This document shows, one piece after another, positions 50,475-62,600 of a stretch of DNA of 64,000 bases. Position 1 is the first letter of the stretch. The number at the start of each line of letters is the position of its first letter. Under the pieces are notes generated by a model. The model was given only the letters and a program-made list of their open reading frames with translations, had not been told where the DNA came from and made no database searches. Source of the DNA: Hormiphora californensis (taxonomy: Eukaryota > Animalia > Ctenophora); assembly GCA_020137815.1 (NCBI GenBank), contig CM035355.1, positions 6,696,001 through 6,760,000 on the forward strand, given 5' to 3'. Made by a program: the position numbers and the translations under genes.

Positions 50475-50935
50475 GTGCTAATTGCTATAATTAATAACTG
50501 TTTAATTGGAGAGGATTGGTAATTGTTATTGGGGGAGTTTTATTGTCAGCGTGTTTAGGAAAGGTGGTAAGGGGAGTTATATCCATGGGCTTCTTGGATG
50601 GTGTCATGTAGGAAGGTGGGTGTGGTTGTGGCCAAACGTGTGGGTGATAGAAAGGGGGATGTCGTGGGGGGGGGGTGATAAAAACCATAACTCTTGAAAA
50701 TTGCAGTTTATGTAAGAAAAATATAGCAAAAAAATCAACACAACGCGGGACAGTTGCCTGCTGTACTACTACTATGCTACATAACTCTCTCTCGCTTTCT
50801 GTATAATACCCTCTCTCACTTTCAATTTACATCCTTCTCTCTCTTCCAGTCTTTCATTTCTCACTCCCTCTCTCTCTTTCTCTCCTATTAAGTGTTCGAT
50901 CCTAAAGTGTCTTCTATTGTCACTCATTTCCACTG

Positions 50936-53055
50936 CTACACAGCGCCATCCGGAGCATCAGGCGTGTTGCTAGGGGCAACGGGTAGCGAAAATGGTAAAG
51001 TTACGATGTAGAAAACGGTAGGAATTGGAGTTAGAAATAAATACCTGTGATGAGGGTAAAAAGAAGGTTAGCCATGGAAAATGATAAGATGGTTTGATTT
51101 GGTATACTAAACGACTGCATCTTCATGCACACTACACAGTTCACAGCCCAAGATGTCTCAATTCTGCCCGGTTCCGGGAGGAAAGCATTTTGTGAGGCTT
51201 AGGTAGGAACTCTTGGCCAAGACTACTTACCAGTAAGAAAGGCTATTGTAGGCGACAATAGAGAGAATCCCATACCCGTGTAAAACCCAGTACATCACTA
51301 TCTGTATCATAAACACTGGCTTTCTCAAGTTATCCTTTACGTCCTGGAGGGTTACCATGGTTACATAATCAGTTGCTATGGTTACACAACCAGTTACCAT
51401 GGTTACGTTGCCATGGTTACCATTGTTTCATAACAAACACTTACATCAAAGTTCTGGAGACTAGCAGACATTATAACAGCGTTGAAGATCAGAGATCCAA
51501 TAACACATAGATATGGAAACGAATAATCTGAAGAGGTGATCATGGTTATGTTAGTACATTCGGACCCCGATCATTTACCGGGCAAAACCAGAACCCTTTC
51601 GCGGTGATAGAGGATCGAGCAATACAGTGAAAGACAAGTCAAGTAGTACTCACATATAAGGCCACAGCACACACTGTGTACAAGGGCCACTGAGGGGATG
51701 AAGTATAGAGCGGCATACACTGAACGAGTGGTGAAACTGACCGGGTGATACCACGTCCTGATCACTAACATCAGGATCAGGCAAAACCCCAGAAATTTAA
51801 ATGCTATACTGTATCTGAAGGGGGAGGAGGTTGGTTAGAGATGTTACTGGCAGATAAGCATTCACATTAAGTATTCTTTTCAGCTAACATCTAAACTCCA
51901 AAACTGCACCACACCCCTATCTGGCTGGTCCGAGGAAAAAGGTCAGGCATCGCGCTGAAAGCCACGGCCTGGATTATAAAATTCACTCACAATGGATATA
52001 CGACTTCAGATTCACAGTATATCGTCTCTGTAAACCGTATGGCGGGGTTCTGGAAGACTGAATACCAATCGAGGAAGGAATCAACCCCGCAACTGTGGAC
52101 ACTAAATGATCCTGAAGTGAAAGGGTAGCGGTTACTATTTGTTTAGAAATAACAGTAAACGACCGGACAGGGAATTTCAAAATCGGCCGGACACGGCTAA
52201 AAATCTGTTGGTATAGGAAGTATAAGATGTTGTAACTATGCAACAATTACCATATGGATCAGAAAGAAGGAGAGTTAGAAGGACGGATAACAATGTCTCC
52301 AAAATAGTAACCGCTATCCACTTCCCGGCTCCTTTGACATCTGCAAAGAAGAATCACTGGGTTACACCATAGGTAGATCTGAGTAACCATGGTAACCATA
52401 GTAAAATTGGGAGTAATGACAACCATGGTGACCATGGTAACCGATGATTGTATGGATCCAAGTATTGCACCTACCATCGTCTATGTTGCGTGTCAGAGTG
52501 TCCATGTGGAAAAAGATAATGGTAAGGAGCATGAAACCCATGTATAGCCAGTCGTAGAACATCGGCTTGCTGACACCTGTTGAATGGGGGGGGGGGGGAT
52601 CAACTTTATAGAAGTTCAAACTACACAAATGAGTTGTTGAGTAAGTAACCTCTTACCCAACAACAAATGAGCTACTTACATGGTTCACAAATCTCGCTGG
52701 TAAGATTTACTCTTAGGCCCCGGGGACACGCCGTACATACATCCTGATAAAAGATTAGAGTTATAGTCCACAGATCTGAACCACAGGGCGGCAAAAACCT
52801 CCCTAGTAGTACCTGACCCACCGCGAACTAAGAATGTTTATTTTAACGATAGAAGGGGTTCAACTAACATCCTACCTAATAGACATCCTAGTTCCTACCT
52901 GATATATCCTTGTGTAGCTCATACTACATTCTATTTCCATGACTGTTTAGTACTAAGCCCTCATAGAAATAATATGCAATGTGAGCTACCAAATTGGTAG
53001 ATCAATATCACCCTACCTGATAGATTCCACAATACCGGCCCGGACATCTCATCAT
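50936..53055 (-). CDS. JKAMP: JNK1/MAPK8-associated membrane protein (ERAD)
   Basis: MMRCPGRYCG, CTACPRGLR..ICEPC, PMFYDWLYMGFM, DWYSVFQNP..CESEVVYPL, RSVYAALYFIP..HSVCCGLI, YWVLHGYGILSI and LTPIPTVFYIVT match the JKAMP motifs in order. Confidence 0.9.
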
Positions 53056-53490
53056 CCCACTCAACTATCAGTAGTAGGAGGAGACACCAGTTGGTACAAC
53101 AGCACTGTTATGTAGCACTGATATATATAATAGCACTGAAATGTAGCACTCCCACCGTTAGCAGTGGAGATGGTAGAGCCCTCACATAGCTAGACAGAGA
53201 GATTTAGAGTGTTAGGAGTGAAATGTCAGGGGTCAAATAGCTAGAGGGAGAGGGAGGTTGAAAGGTCGGGGCCTCATAAAGCTCAAAAGCTGGGGAGAGA
53301 GGAGGGGTTTTTGGTAGACAAACAGAGGAAAGAATATCATCGCTTAATACAACAGCACGAATCGTTGTGTACATAATATATGAGTTGCTGCCCACGTAGT
53401 ATAAAACTGTCTCTCACAAAAACAATTTGTCGCGTATCATCATTAATAACTTAACTATCCCTCTCTTTAATTAGAGATCGTTTCTTCAAT

Positions 53491-55662
53491 TTATTGTTCT
53501 GCTCGGAAGGTATCGTTATAGACAGGGTTCTTTCGTGGTTTCAGGAACATCATCTCCTTCTTCATATTCTGCAGGGGGGGGGGGGGGGGGGAGGTGTCAG
53601 TAGATATTAGGTCTAGATGTCAGGTCTTTCAGTTGAATGTTTGACATTATCATAATGTCTCTGTTTTCCCCCTCTAAATTATTAATCCCTATCCAAAAGC
53701 AATCCCAGAAGCAACTCCAGGTTACAACTCACCATGGGCACTATTTCTTCCAGTGGCACATCGTATTTGTGAATGCCATACAGAGCAGCCTTCTCTGGGT
53801 CGTTATATTGTTGAATGCTCCCTGGTGCCATCTGGAACCTCACCTTGTCATCATGATACTCGTTGAAGTACTGAAAATAAGGGAATTGTTTGTTTGTTTG
53901 TGTTAGGAGACACTGACCGGAAGATAGAAATGGTTTAGGTTGCTATGCCGAACCCTCACAGAGCGCAATATGAGCTACACAAGGTTGAACAATAACATGG
54001 AGATTTCAGTCGATTATATTCCACAATTTATAGAGGCTATAATTCCAAGATTAACTCACATTAAAGTATTTTCCCATGGCTGGAACCAAGGGCAGTAGGA
54101 ATACAGATGCCATGTTGTACTGTTTGGAGTAGTACATACCACGAACTTGGCCTAGATGTGGGAACCAGGGATCAGTGGACAGTGAGACAACATGACCGAT
54201 AACATGACCGACAGAGAACATGACAAACCATAGACCCATTCCGGGTAACATATGAATCTAAACTTACTGAGTGCGGCGACAGTTAGACCTGACGCTAGTC
54301 CTCCCAGATACCAGTCAATGGCGTCCTCCTCTTTCTTCCTCATGTAGCTAGAAGCTGAAACTGCCGTAGTGAAGGCAGTAGACATCAACACTAGGGGGGA
54401 ATACACATGTTAAAGGCAGTGGACATCAAAACTGGGGGGAATACACATGTTAGAGGCAGTGGACATCAACACTAGGGGGGAAATACACATGTTAGAGGTA
54501 GTTGGCATCAAAACTGGAGGGAAAAACACATGTTAGAGGCAGTGGACATCAAAACTGGGGGAATACACATGTTAAAGGCAGTGGACATCAAAAATGTGGG
54601 GAAATACACATGTTAGAAGCAGTGGGCATCAACACTGGGGAAATACACATGTTAGAGGCAGTGGACATCAACACTGGAGGGAAATACATATGTTAGAGGC
54701 AGTGGACATCAATAATGGGGGAAATACACATGTTAGAGGTAGTGGACATCAATAATGGGGGAAATACACATGTTAGAGGTAGTGGACATCAACACTGGGG
54801 AAATACACATGATAGAGGCAGTGGACATCAAAACTGAGGGAAAAACACATGTTAACTAATTCCGTAGAATATGCGGAAAATAAATGTATGCCATAACTGC
54901 AGACAAATATAAATCTTTAAACTGAGGGATCAGCGATAATAAAAGTGACAATCGAGATATGGATGGGAACTAGAACAAGATCGGGGATATAAACGATACG
55001 AGTCTGGTGTTTAAAATGCCCTATTTGGTAAACCGTAGTTTTAGTGACAGGATGTAGGCCCCAATATGCCACGATGCACTAACCACCACCACATTTACTA
55101 ACCATTTACTTACCACATACTTACCACATACTTACCACGAACCAACCCCAGGCCACATTTACTTACGTCCTGTTCCAAAGCCAGTGGCACCAGTTTTGTA
55201 TACACCAATGTTTTGGACGGTCTTGGCACCCCGATAACCCATGTTAACATTGTAGAAATAACCCTGTAATGGAATGTGTATTGGTTACCATGGTGATATA
55301 CAGTGGTTACCATGGTTACAAAGGATAGATTCTCGAGCTGTTATACTGGTTATACTAACCTGTATAATCCCCTTAGCGAGGCCAATGTATGCCCCAATAT
55401 GAGCTGCCCTACCAACCCTCTCCATCATCCCGCTATCTGAGCTCCACACGTTTATTGGCTTGCCCAAACTGTAAGAGATAATAATATCATAAATTAAATC
55501 ATTCAACATAACAATTTATTGTTATCTGGGTGAGTTTGAACTTACTATTGTCCCTCAAGGAAGGGCTTTCTGCAGCCATGGTTCAAGAATTGTGCCCTTG
55601 GTCAGCTTGGAGTAGGTGGTCTCCGGGGGATCGATTGATGTAATCAACTTTGCAGGGGCCAT
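53491..55662 (-). CDS. Tim17/22/23-family membrane protein, most like complex I subunit NDUFA11 (5' end uncertain)
   Basis: GRAAHIGAYIGLAKG, then AFTTAVSASSYMRKKEEDAIDWYLGGLASGLTVAA, which is the RxKxDxxNxxxGGxxxG family motif. Confidence 0.6.
54370..54855 (-). repeat. ~40-bp minisatellite (~12 copies) of a splice acceptor + exon start
   Basis: Minus-strand unit TAACATGTGTATTCCCCCYAG|TGTTGATGTCYACTGCC. The last copy runs into the LMSTAFTTAV exon. Confidence 0.9.
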
Positions 55663-56047
55663 GGGGAAGCTATCATAGGATGAGCGGAGATATTAGTGGG
55701 ACGGTTAATTAGAAACAGGAGTAAGAAAGGGAGTCGGGAGATAGATAACAGTGCAATAAAAACTCGCACTCAGTTAGAAATTACTGAGCAAAAGAAGAAG
55801 ATATTAAACTTTCAACATTTTACTTTCAACGGTTTCTCAATATAAAACACACTGTATTTATCTTTATAAATGGACCTGGAGAGAGAGAAAATGAGAAAAA
55901 AAAACATTCACAAATAATACGGACAATATCATAATAACTCTTTACCTAACGATACACCGTCTCAAATGAAAGTGCAGAACCAATGATACAGTAAGGATCC
56001 CGAAGGCTGAAAACAAGAAAAAGAAGCATGGACCATATTTTGAAGAA

Positions 56048-59000
56048 TTATTGTGAAGACTGATTGGTTTTCCGCTTCTTTTTCTCTCTAATTTCGTTTA
56101 GTGAGTCTTCAATTGATCGCACCTCCGACATATGGATGGGAACTGAAAAATCATTCGAATTAAAATTTATCAAAGGAGTAACATTTCTATTGTGTTACCA
56201 CTTAGCTTGTTACCATGGTAACCATTGTGTAACCACTTAGTGTCGGTAGCACAATTGTTGCCATGGTAACCACTTAGTATCGGTCACACAACTACTAACC
56301 TAACCCATGATAATCCCTGTTATCCTGCCCTATCTCGGATGTGTTTAGGATCTTCTTATATTTGTCCCTGTAATCACTATGGGGCTGGTCCTGAACCACC
56401 GCTCTCTTCTTGGCACCACTTGAAGGAGGGGTGGAGGAAGAGGACGGGGTTGTGGTGTCTCCGGATTGGGATGACGATCTCTGTTTACCAAAGTTTTCTA
56501 TGTACAACTGAAAAAGGGGAACGTGTTATGGCGGGGGGGTTCCAACCTATTTCGTGTACGTTTGTACGGAAAAAAACACGGGTTTCCTCAAACAAAAAAA
56601 TACAAAAAAATACAAAAAAATACAAAAAAATACAAAAAAATAAAAACAGTTTTGTAAAGTTATTTAACATTCTCGTTCGAACTTTTACTGTTTTTAAACA
56701 TTCTTCCGCGCTATTTCACGTAATTTAGCAATAAAATATAGACATATTTTACATAATCAATAACTATAAGTTGACCAATCGGCTGTTTTTGAGTTGCATA
56801 GTTTTGATACAATGAAATAGTGTTTATTTAGGACTGTAGACGACTCGGAGATTTATTTCAGGAAAGATAATACGGGACGGTTTCGACGTTTAACGTCATC
56901 ATCAGCTATAAATAGAAAAGAAATGTTAGTTAATAAATCACTCAATTACTTAAATATCAATAAGAACTATACTACTCACTTTCTCACATACTCACACCTT
57001 CTCTCTCTCCCTCTCTCTCATTCGGTCACTATTTCTCACACGGAACTACAATTATATCTGTACAATACACGTCACAATCAGAGCAGAAAAGATTGTACTC
57101 GATTTTCTCGAATCGTATTTTCTGAGCGAGAAATTTACCCGAATCGCAATTTCTTACCGAGAATATTTTCTCGAATCGTATTTTCTAAGCGAAAAATTTC
57201 CCCGAATCGCAATTTCTTACCGAGAATATTTTCTCGAATCGTATTTTCTAAGCGAGAAAATTCCCCGAATCGCAATTTCTTACCGAGAAAATTTTCTTGA
57301 ATCGTATTTTCTAAGCGAGAAATTTCCCCGAATCGCAATTTCTTACCGAGAAAATTTTCTCGAAACGTATTTTCTAAGCGAGAAATTTCCTCGAATCGCA
57401 ATTTCTTACCGAGAAAATTTTCTCGAATCGTATTTTCTAAGCGAGAAATTTCCCCGAATCGCAATTTCTTACCGAGAAAATTTTCTCGAATCGTATTTTC
57501 TAAGCGAGAAATTTCCTCGAATCGCAATTTCTTACCGAAAAAATTTTCTCGAATCGTATTTTCTAAGCGAGAAATTTCCCCGAATCGCAATTTCTTACCG
57601 AGAAAATTTTCTCGAATCGTATTTTCTAAGCGAGAAATTTCCCCGAATCGCAATTTCTTACCGAGAAAATTTTCTTGAATCGTATTTTCTAAGCGAGAAA
57701 TTTCCCCGAATCGCAATTTCTTACCGAGAAAATTTTCTCAAATCGTATTTTCTAAGCGAGAAATTTCCTCGAATCGCAATTTCTTACCGAGAAAATTTTC
57801 TCGAATCGTATTTTCTAAGCGAGAAATTTCCCCGAATCCCAATTTCTCACCGAAAAAATTTCTCGAATCGTATTTTCTAAGCGAAAAATTTCCCCAAATC
57901 GCAATTTTTACCGAGAAAATTATCCCGAATCGAAATTAGTACCGAGAAAGTGATCTCCAACTGAGAAAATTTTCTCGTAATCGTAACGGTAATCTGAATC
58001 AATGATTTCTTTTTTTTAGAATTTCAAAAACGTGTACTTTTACACACTTTTTAAGTATGTACTTTTAGCTGGAAAATGGATGACAATGGAACTAAAAACG
58101 TTCATATATATATAATAGGTGGTACATGCACATAAACGGAACCCAGCTATGTATTATTTATACTTTTATCAGGCACCCACATCCTTCATTATTTTTTTGT
58201 ATTTTTTTGTATTTTTTTGTATTGTTTGTATGGAAAAAAACAGGAATTTCGGATACTTTTATGTATGGTCCGTACAAAACCGTACAAAACCGTACAAAAA
58301 AATAGGTTGGAACCCCCCCGTTATGGCCCAGCATCAAAGGAAAAACAGGAGCGGGTCAGCATAAAAAAGAGAAAAAGAAACCCCCGGAACAGACTTGGAA
58401 AAGGATAAACTAAAAGTGGTGAACTCAAAGAAGCACATTGTTACCTCTCCAAATCGTCGTCTCTTTATTTCCTCATCCGAGGGGCAGTGTTCCTTTTTGA
58501 AGACAGTCACATTTTTCTCTGACTTGTCACCGTTATAACAACTCACAGATATCAATCCCGCCGTCTCAGCAACTTCGTGCCTGATGAGGGAAGCAACAAT
58601 AATCAAGAGGTTTCAGTAACAGTGTCAGATCAAAAAATGTACGGGGAGGAGGATTCCCAATAAGTTTTTTCCCGGTGAAATGAAACTTACTGTAGAGCTC
58701 TAATTTCCCGTTCCGCCGGATCGAAACTAAACTCAGGGTCACTCGTCTTCACAAAATCATCCACTCTCAACTCAATCTTCCCCTGGAGTTCCTTTCTCTT
58801 CCTCCGTGCTCGCTCTTCCTGCTTTCGATATAACTTTCGACGTTCTAACAAGAGGATAACAGCTGTTAATCAAACAGCAGTGATAAGAAATTTGCATGAT
58901 TTTGTGTCTCACAGAGTTATAAATAGGGGAAATCGGGTGTACATTTGGGTCCGGTAAATCGGGGTTTACCCCTTACCAAGTTCTGCCTTGTTGGTTGTAT

Positions 59001-59049
59001 TGGGTGGTTTCGTCATGTTGTCTAGGATTGATCCTAGCAGGTCCGACAT
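56048..59049 (-). CDS. SPAG7: Sperm-associated antigen 7 (R3H domain)
   Basis: MSDLLGSILDNMTKPP, HEVAETAGLIS..VTVFKKEHCPSDEE, PHSDYRDKYKKI, VP..EVRSIEDSLNEIREKK. Confidence 0.9.
56533..58319. mobile_element. TIR element with G7 termini and 8-bp TSD carrying a 60-bp satellite, in a SPAG7 intron
   Basis: GGGGGGGTTCCAACCTATT / AATAGGTTGGAACCCCCCC, with GTTATGGC at 56525-56532 and 58320-58327. Confidence 0.9.
57101..57950. repeat. 60-bp satellite, ~14 copies, made of two related ~30-bp halves
   Basis: TTTTCTCGAATCGTATTTTCTAAGCGAGAAA + TTTCCCCGAATCGCAATTTCTTACCGAGAAAA. Confidence 0.95.
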
Positions 59050-59685
59050 GATATCTCAGTACGGTTGTAGTAGTAGGATAGTGGGAAAGATGATGGTAGG
59101 ATTATTTGAGAGGTGCTGTTGGTAGGAGAAATTTGAGAGATGGTAGGAGTCTGGATGATTAACTCCTGAGGAGTCCGTGAGGGAGAAGAATTAGGATGAT
59201 AGCTGTCAACTTGCTCTCTCACATATCCTGTGCAGCCATACTAAACTGGGAGAGAGGGGAGTTTAGGGTTCAAAAGTAACTGTGTAGTTATTAAAAGCAA
59301 TGATGTATTATGTAAAAAAGTTATATGGAATGCACAAAATATATTTACAAGTGGCTCTTTATCGTTTGACATATAAATAAAACGGGATTAAATCAAGGAG
59401 GATCATTCAGAGTTCTCCATCCTGCACTGTTCTTTATTAATTATTATTATCTCTGATTAATGAGTCTCTGAGTTCTCTCACACACAATTCCTGGTAGCAC
59501 ATTTGGGAATACAGACTCACTCCACAACATGTACAGTACCACCTCCGCCGACTTGTTCCGTTTGAGGGTCGATCAAGCTGGAACAAACAGCCGTTCAGAA
59601 TTAGGATGACATCACTTCTCTCCTTGCCAGACTGAAGGGTGTCTCTAGGGCCCCTAAATCCTAACATCAGTTGAAGTTGCCGCTG

Positions 59686-62600
59686 CTACAGGACAGTAGT
59701 CCCAAAGTATGCCTTACCCTTGGGCATATCCCTCATATCCTCCCAGATACCGAGATAAGGGTCAAACCGTTCCACGCTGGCCACAAACTTACTACCATCT
59801 GACCCACCAAACACGTACACATATCTGGAAGGAATGGGGGGGGGGTAAACTACATTACACATACACAATACACATTATATCTGGAAGAATTCGAGAAAAA
59901 AAATTGATTTTTAAAACAGGAGATATGTAATATAATGTAGTACTAACAATATGCAGTGTGAAAAGAGGTTTTAAGGAACAAAGGGATTCGAGATTGAATA
60001 ATTCATATCAGAGTGCTGAATGTGAATTATAAAAGAGGGTTTGAGATCCACATTTACCCCTCAGAGTCTTATAAAGATAAATTGTTATGGGCTCAATCAA
60101 ACGTTTTGTATAATAAGTAAGACACCACACGTTTACAATTAGGACACTCACCCGTTAATGGCGGCTGTACCATGTGCTTGTCTGGCGTGTTTCATGGGTG
60201 CTAGGGTCCTCCACTCATTACTGGCTGGCAGGTACTCTTCAACAGAGCTGAGGGAGGGGTGATTAGTGTAATTAGAAGAGTGGGGCCTGGAGGAGGGGTG
60301 GGAGAATAGCGACACACGCCCGGAGGGGTTCTAATCAAAATTCATATAAGGTATTCAAAAAAGTTATCAATGGCATGTACAAGTTTTAGTACATGTGGAT
60401 ATACGAGGGGGGGGATGGGGAATACACATGGACGTCACCTACTTGAGACAGTTTGTCCCATCGAATCCCCCAATGGCATACAACTTGCCACTAAGTGCCA
60501 CAAGACCCAGCCCACTTCTGGCAGTCGTCATCTGGGCTAGGGGCTGCCACACTCCGGTCAGTTGGTCGTACCGCTCAGCTGTTTTCAATCTCGTGTACTG
60601 CTGACATAGACCATACCTGGGACACAAACTAGCTCAAATCGGTACAATGTAAAACTAGAGGAGTGAATATCCGGGAAGATCAGACAGAAGGAATACAATA
60701 ACTTGGCAATAGGGGGGAATATTAGATAGATAATGAAGGGGCAAGATTGAACAGATACAATAACAAGAAACTGTGACAACATACCCTCCTACAACGTAGA
60801 CGACATCATTCAGAACACAACTAGCAGAGTAGACCCTCTGTTCATTGAGTTTCCCTGCGTGTATCAACTGTTTTGAAGATATATCAAGAACTGCAGCAGT
60901 ATCAAGGAAACTGGAACTATCACACCCTCCCATGATCATGATTTTACCATCCATACTGACTGCACTGAAGTACCTAATGGGGATTGGAAAATGGGGTGGA
61001 AATTGGAGTTTCGAGAAAAAATGGTAGTGTAATGTGTATCCGTTGGGTGGACCTGCACATTGAGCAACTATGTATTACCGAAATGGTGAGGGGGTCTGAG
61101 GGAGAATGAGGGTCGGGTCGGGGCTGGGGAGGAGGGGGTGCTGGGGTGTATCATCGTGTTACCTGCGTGCGGGACCATGAAGACCAGGTAGGGGAACCCA
61201 ACAATTTCCCTCAAAATCAAACTTCTCCACTGTCCCAATGTATCCTGATCCAGTGTGGCCTCCAACCATGTAGAGTGACCCCTTCCTTGAGATGAGGGCA
61301 GCCCCAAATCGAGGGAAGGTCAGATCTGTCATTTTCTGAAGGTGGGGAAGTTTGTTTAGCATGTTTTTAGGGGAGAGGGTAGTAATTGAGTGATTAGTAG
61401 AAATTATTGTGTTAAAGTGATTACACGGCATGTTGTTAGATACCCAGAATACATTGTCGTAACAAGCACAAGACGCAGGATTGGATGTACAGAAGTGTAT
61501 ATTGGCGCGCAGGAATCCGATGCCACATTGTACACTTTCTTCAGACGAAATGCGCGCGTCGCCCAGCCCCCGCTGGTCTTTCTCATAATAGTGTGACAGA
61601 TGTGTTTGTGTGTATGTGTGTATTCTTGTTAGTTTTTTGCATACTTTCGGCCACACCCAGATATCTGTATTTGGTCGTGAGGGTATAGAACATACCGAAT
61701 ATATGAAGTTTCATGAGTTCTCATTAACTTTCTTGGTGAAGCACCAAAATGAATAATGAACAATGAACATTGAACACATTGATTGATCAAATTATTTATC
61801 AAGTTTATCAAGTGGTTGTGTGTGAATCTATACCTCCCATCGATCAGTATCTGGATTGTAGCTTTCCATTTCTGAGAGCGCAGAGTGAACATTTGCACTG
61901 ATTCCACCTGCAACGTAGATCCTCCTGAAATTATGTTGTTGTGATTAGCAAAGTATCATCATGAAACCCAACAAAATATTTAAAACATTTGCAAAAGAAT
62001 GTTTGTGACATGTGACTCAACTTGGTGGATCTGCATATTAACATATTTGCTGTGTATCTCTCTCTACCTGAGGAGTCTCTGTGGGTCCCGGGGCTGGTTT
62101 GAGGGATGTCGGAGGCCATAAGATCGGGACGTTATCTGTTCAATTATAGGACGCAGTGTTGCTCCACTTAGAGAGAGAAGCTGTTCTCGACTCATTAGGC
62201 CAAACCTGGAATATAGGAATTATAGTGTTCGGACGCAGCATAAAACACGAGTATTAGACATTAGCTGGTTTTTAGATGATTAATGATTTTATTGTTGCTT
62301 CTCATCCCACAAAAGTAAGCTGTTTTGGAAACTAGAAACTTTTTATGACGACGATTTACTCAAGATTACTCAAGGAATATAAAATATCCTGGCACACAGA
62401 GAGAGGTAGTACCTGACACATTTAAGAAGGTTGTACAGGGACGCCTGGCGATCTTCCAGATTGTGTTGAACCCACCGGAGAACAGCCTGGAACACCTGTA
62501 ACATGATCGATGTGTGAGTAGAAATGGGGTTATCATAATGTTCTACCCTCATTTACTGGGACGCAGACAGCGGTTAGAGAGAGTCGAGCAAGGCAACCCC

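Noticed and set aside
55800-55835. AAACTTTCAACATTTTACTTTCAAC resembling a spliced-leader sequence
   Set aside because: The similarity is short and AT-rich, with no adjacent donor or Sm site to indicate an SL RNA gene.
57135-57716. 193-aa repetitive ORF
   Set aside because: It is a stop-free reading of the 60-bp satellite inside an intronic transposon, with no evidence of coding.
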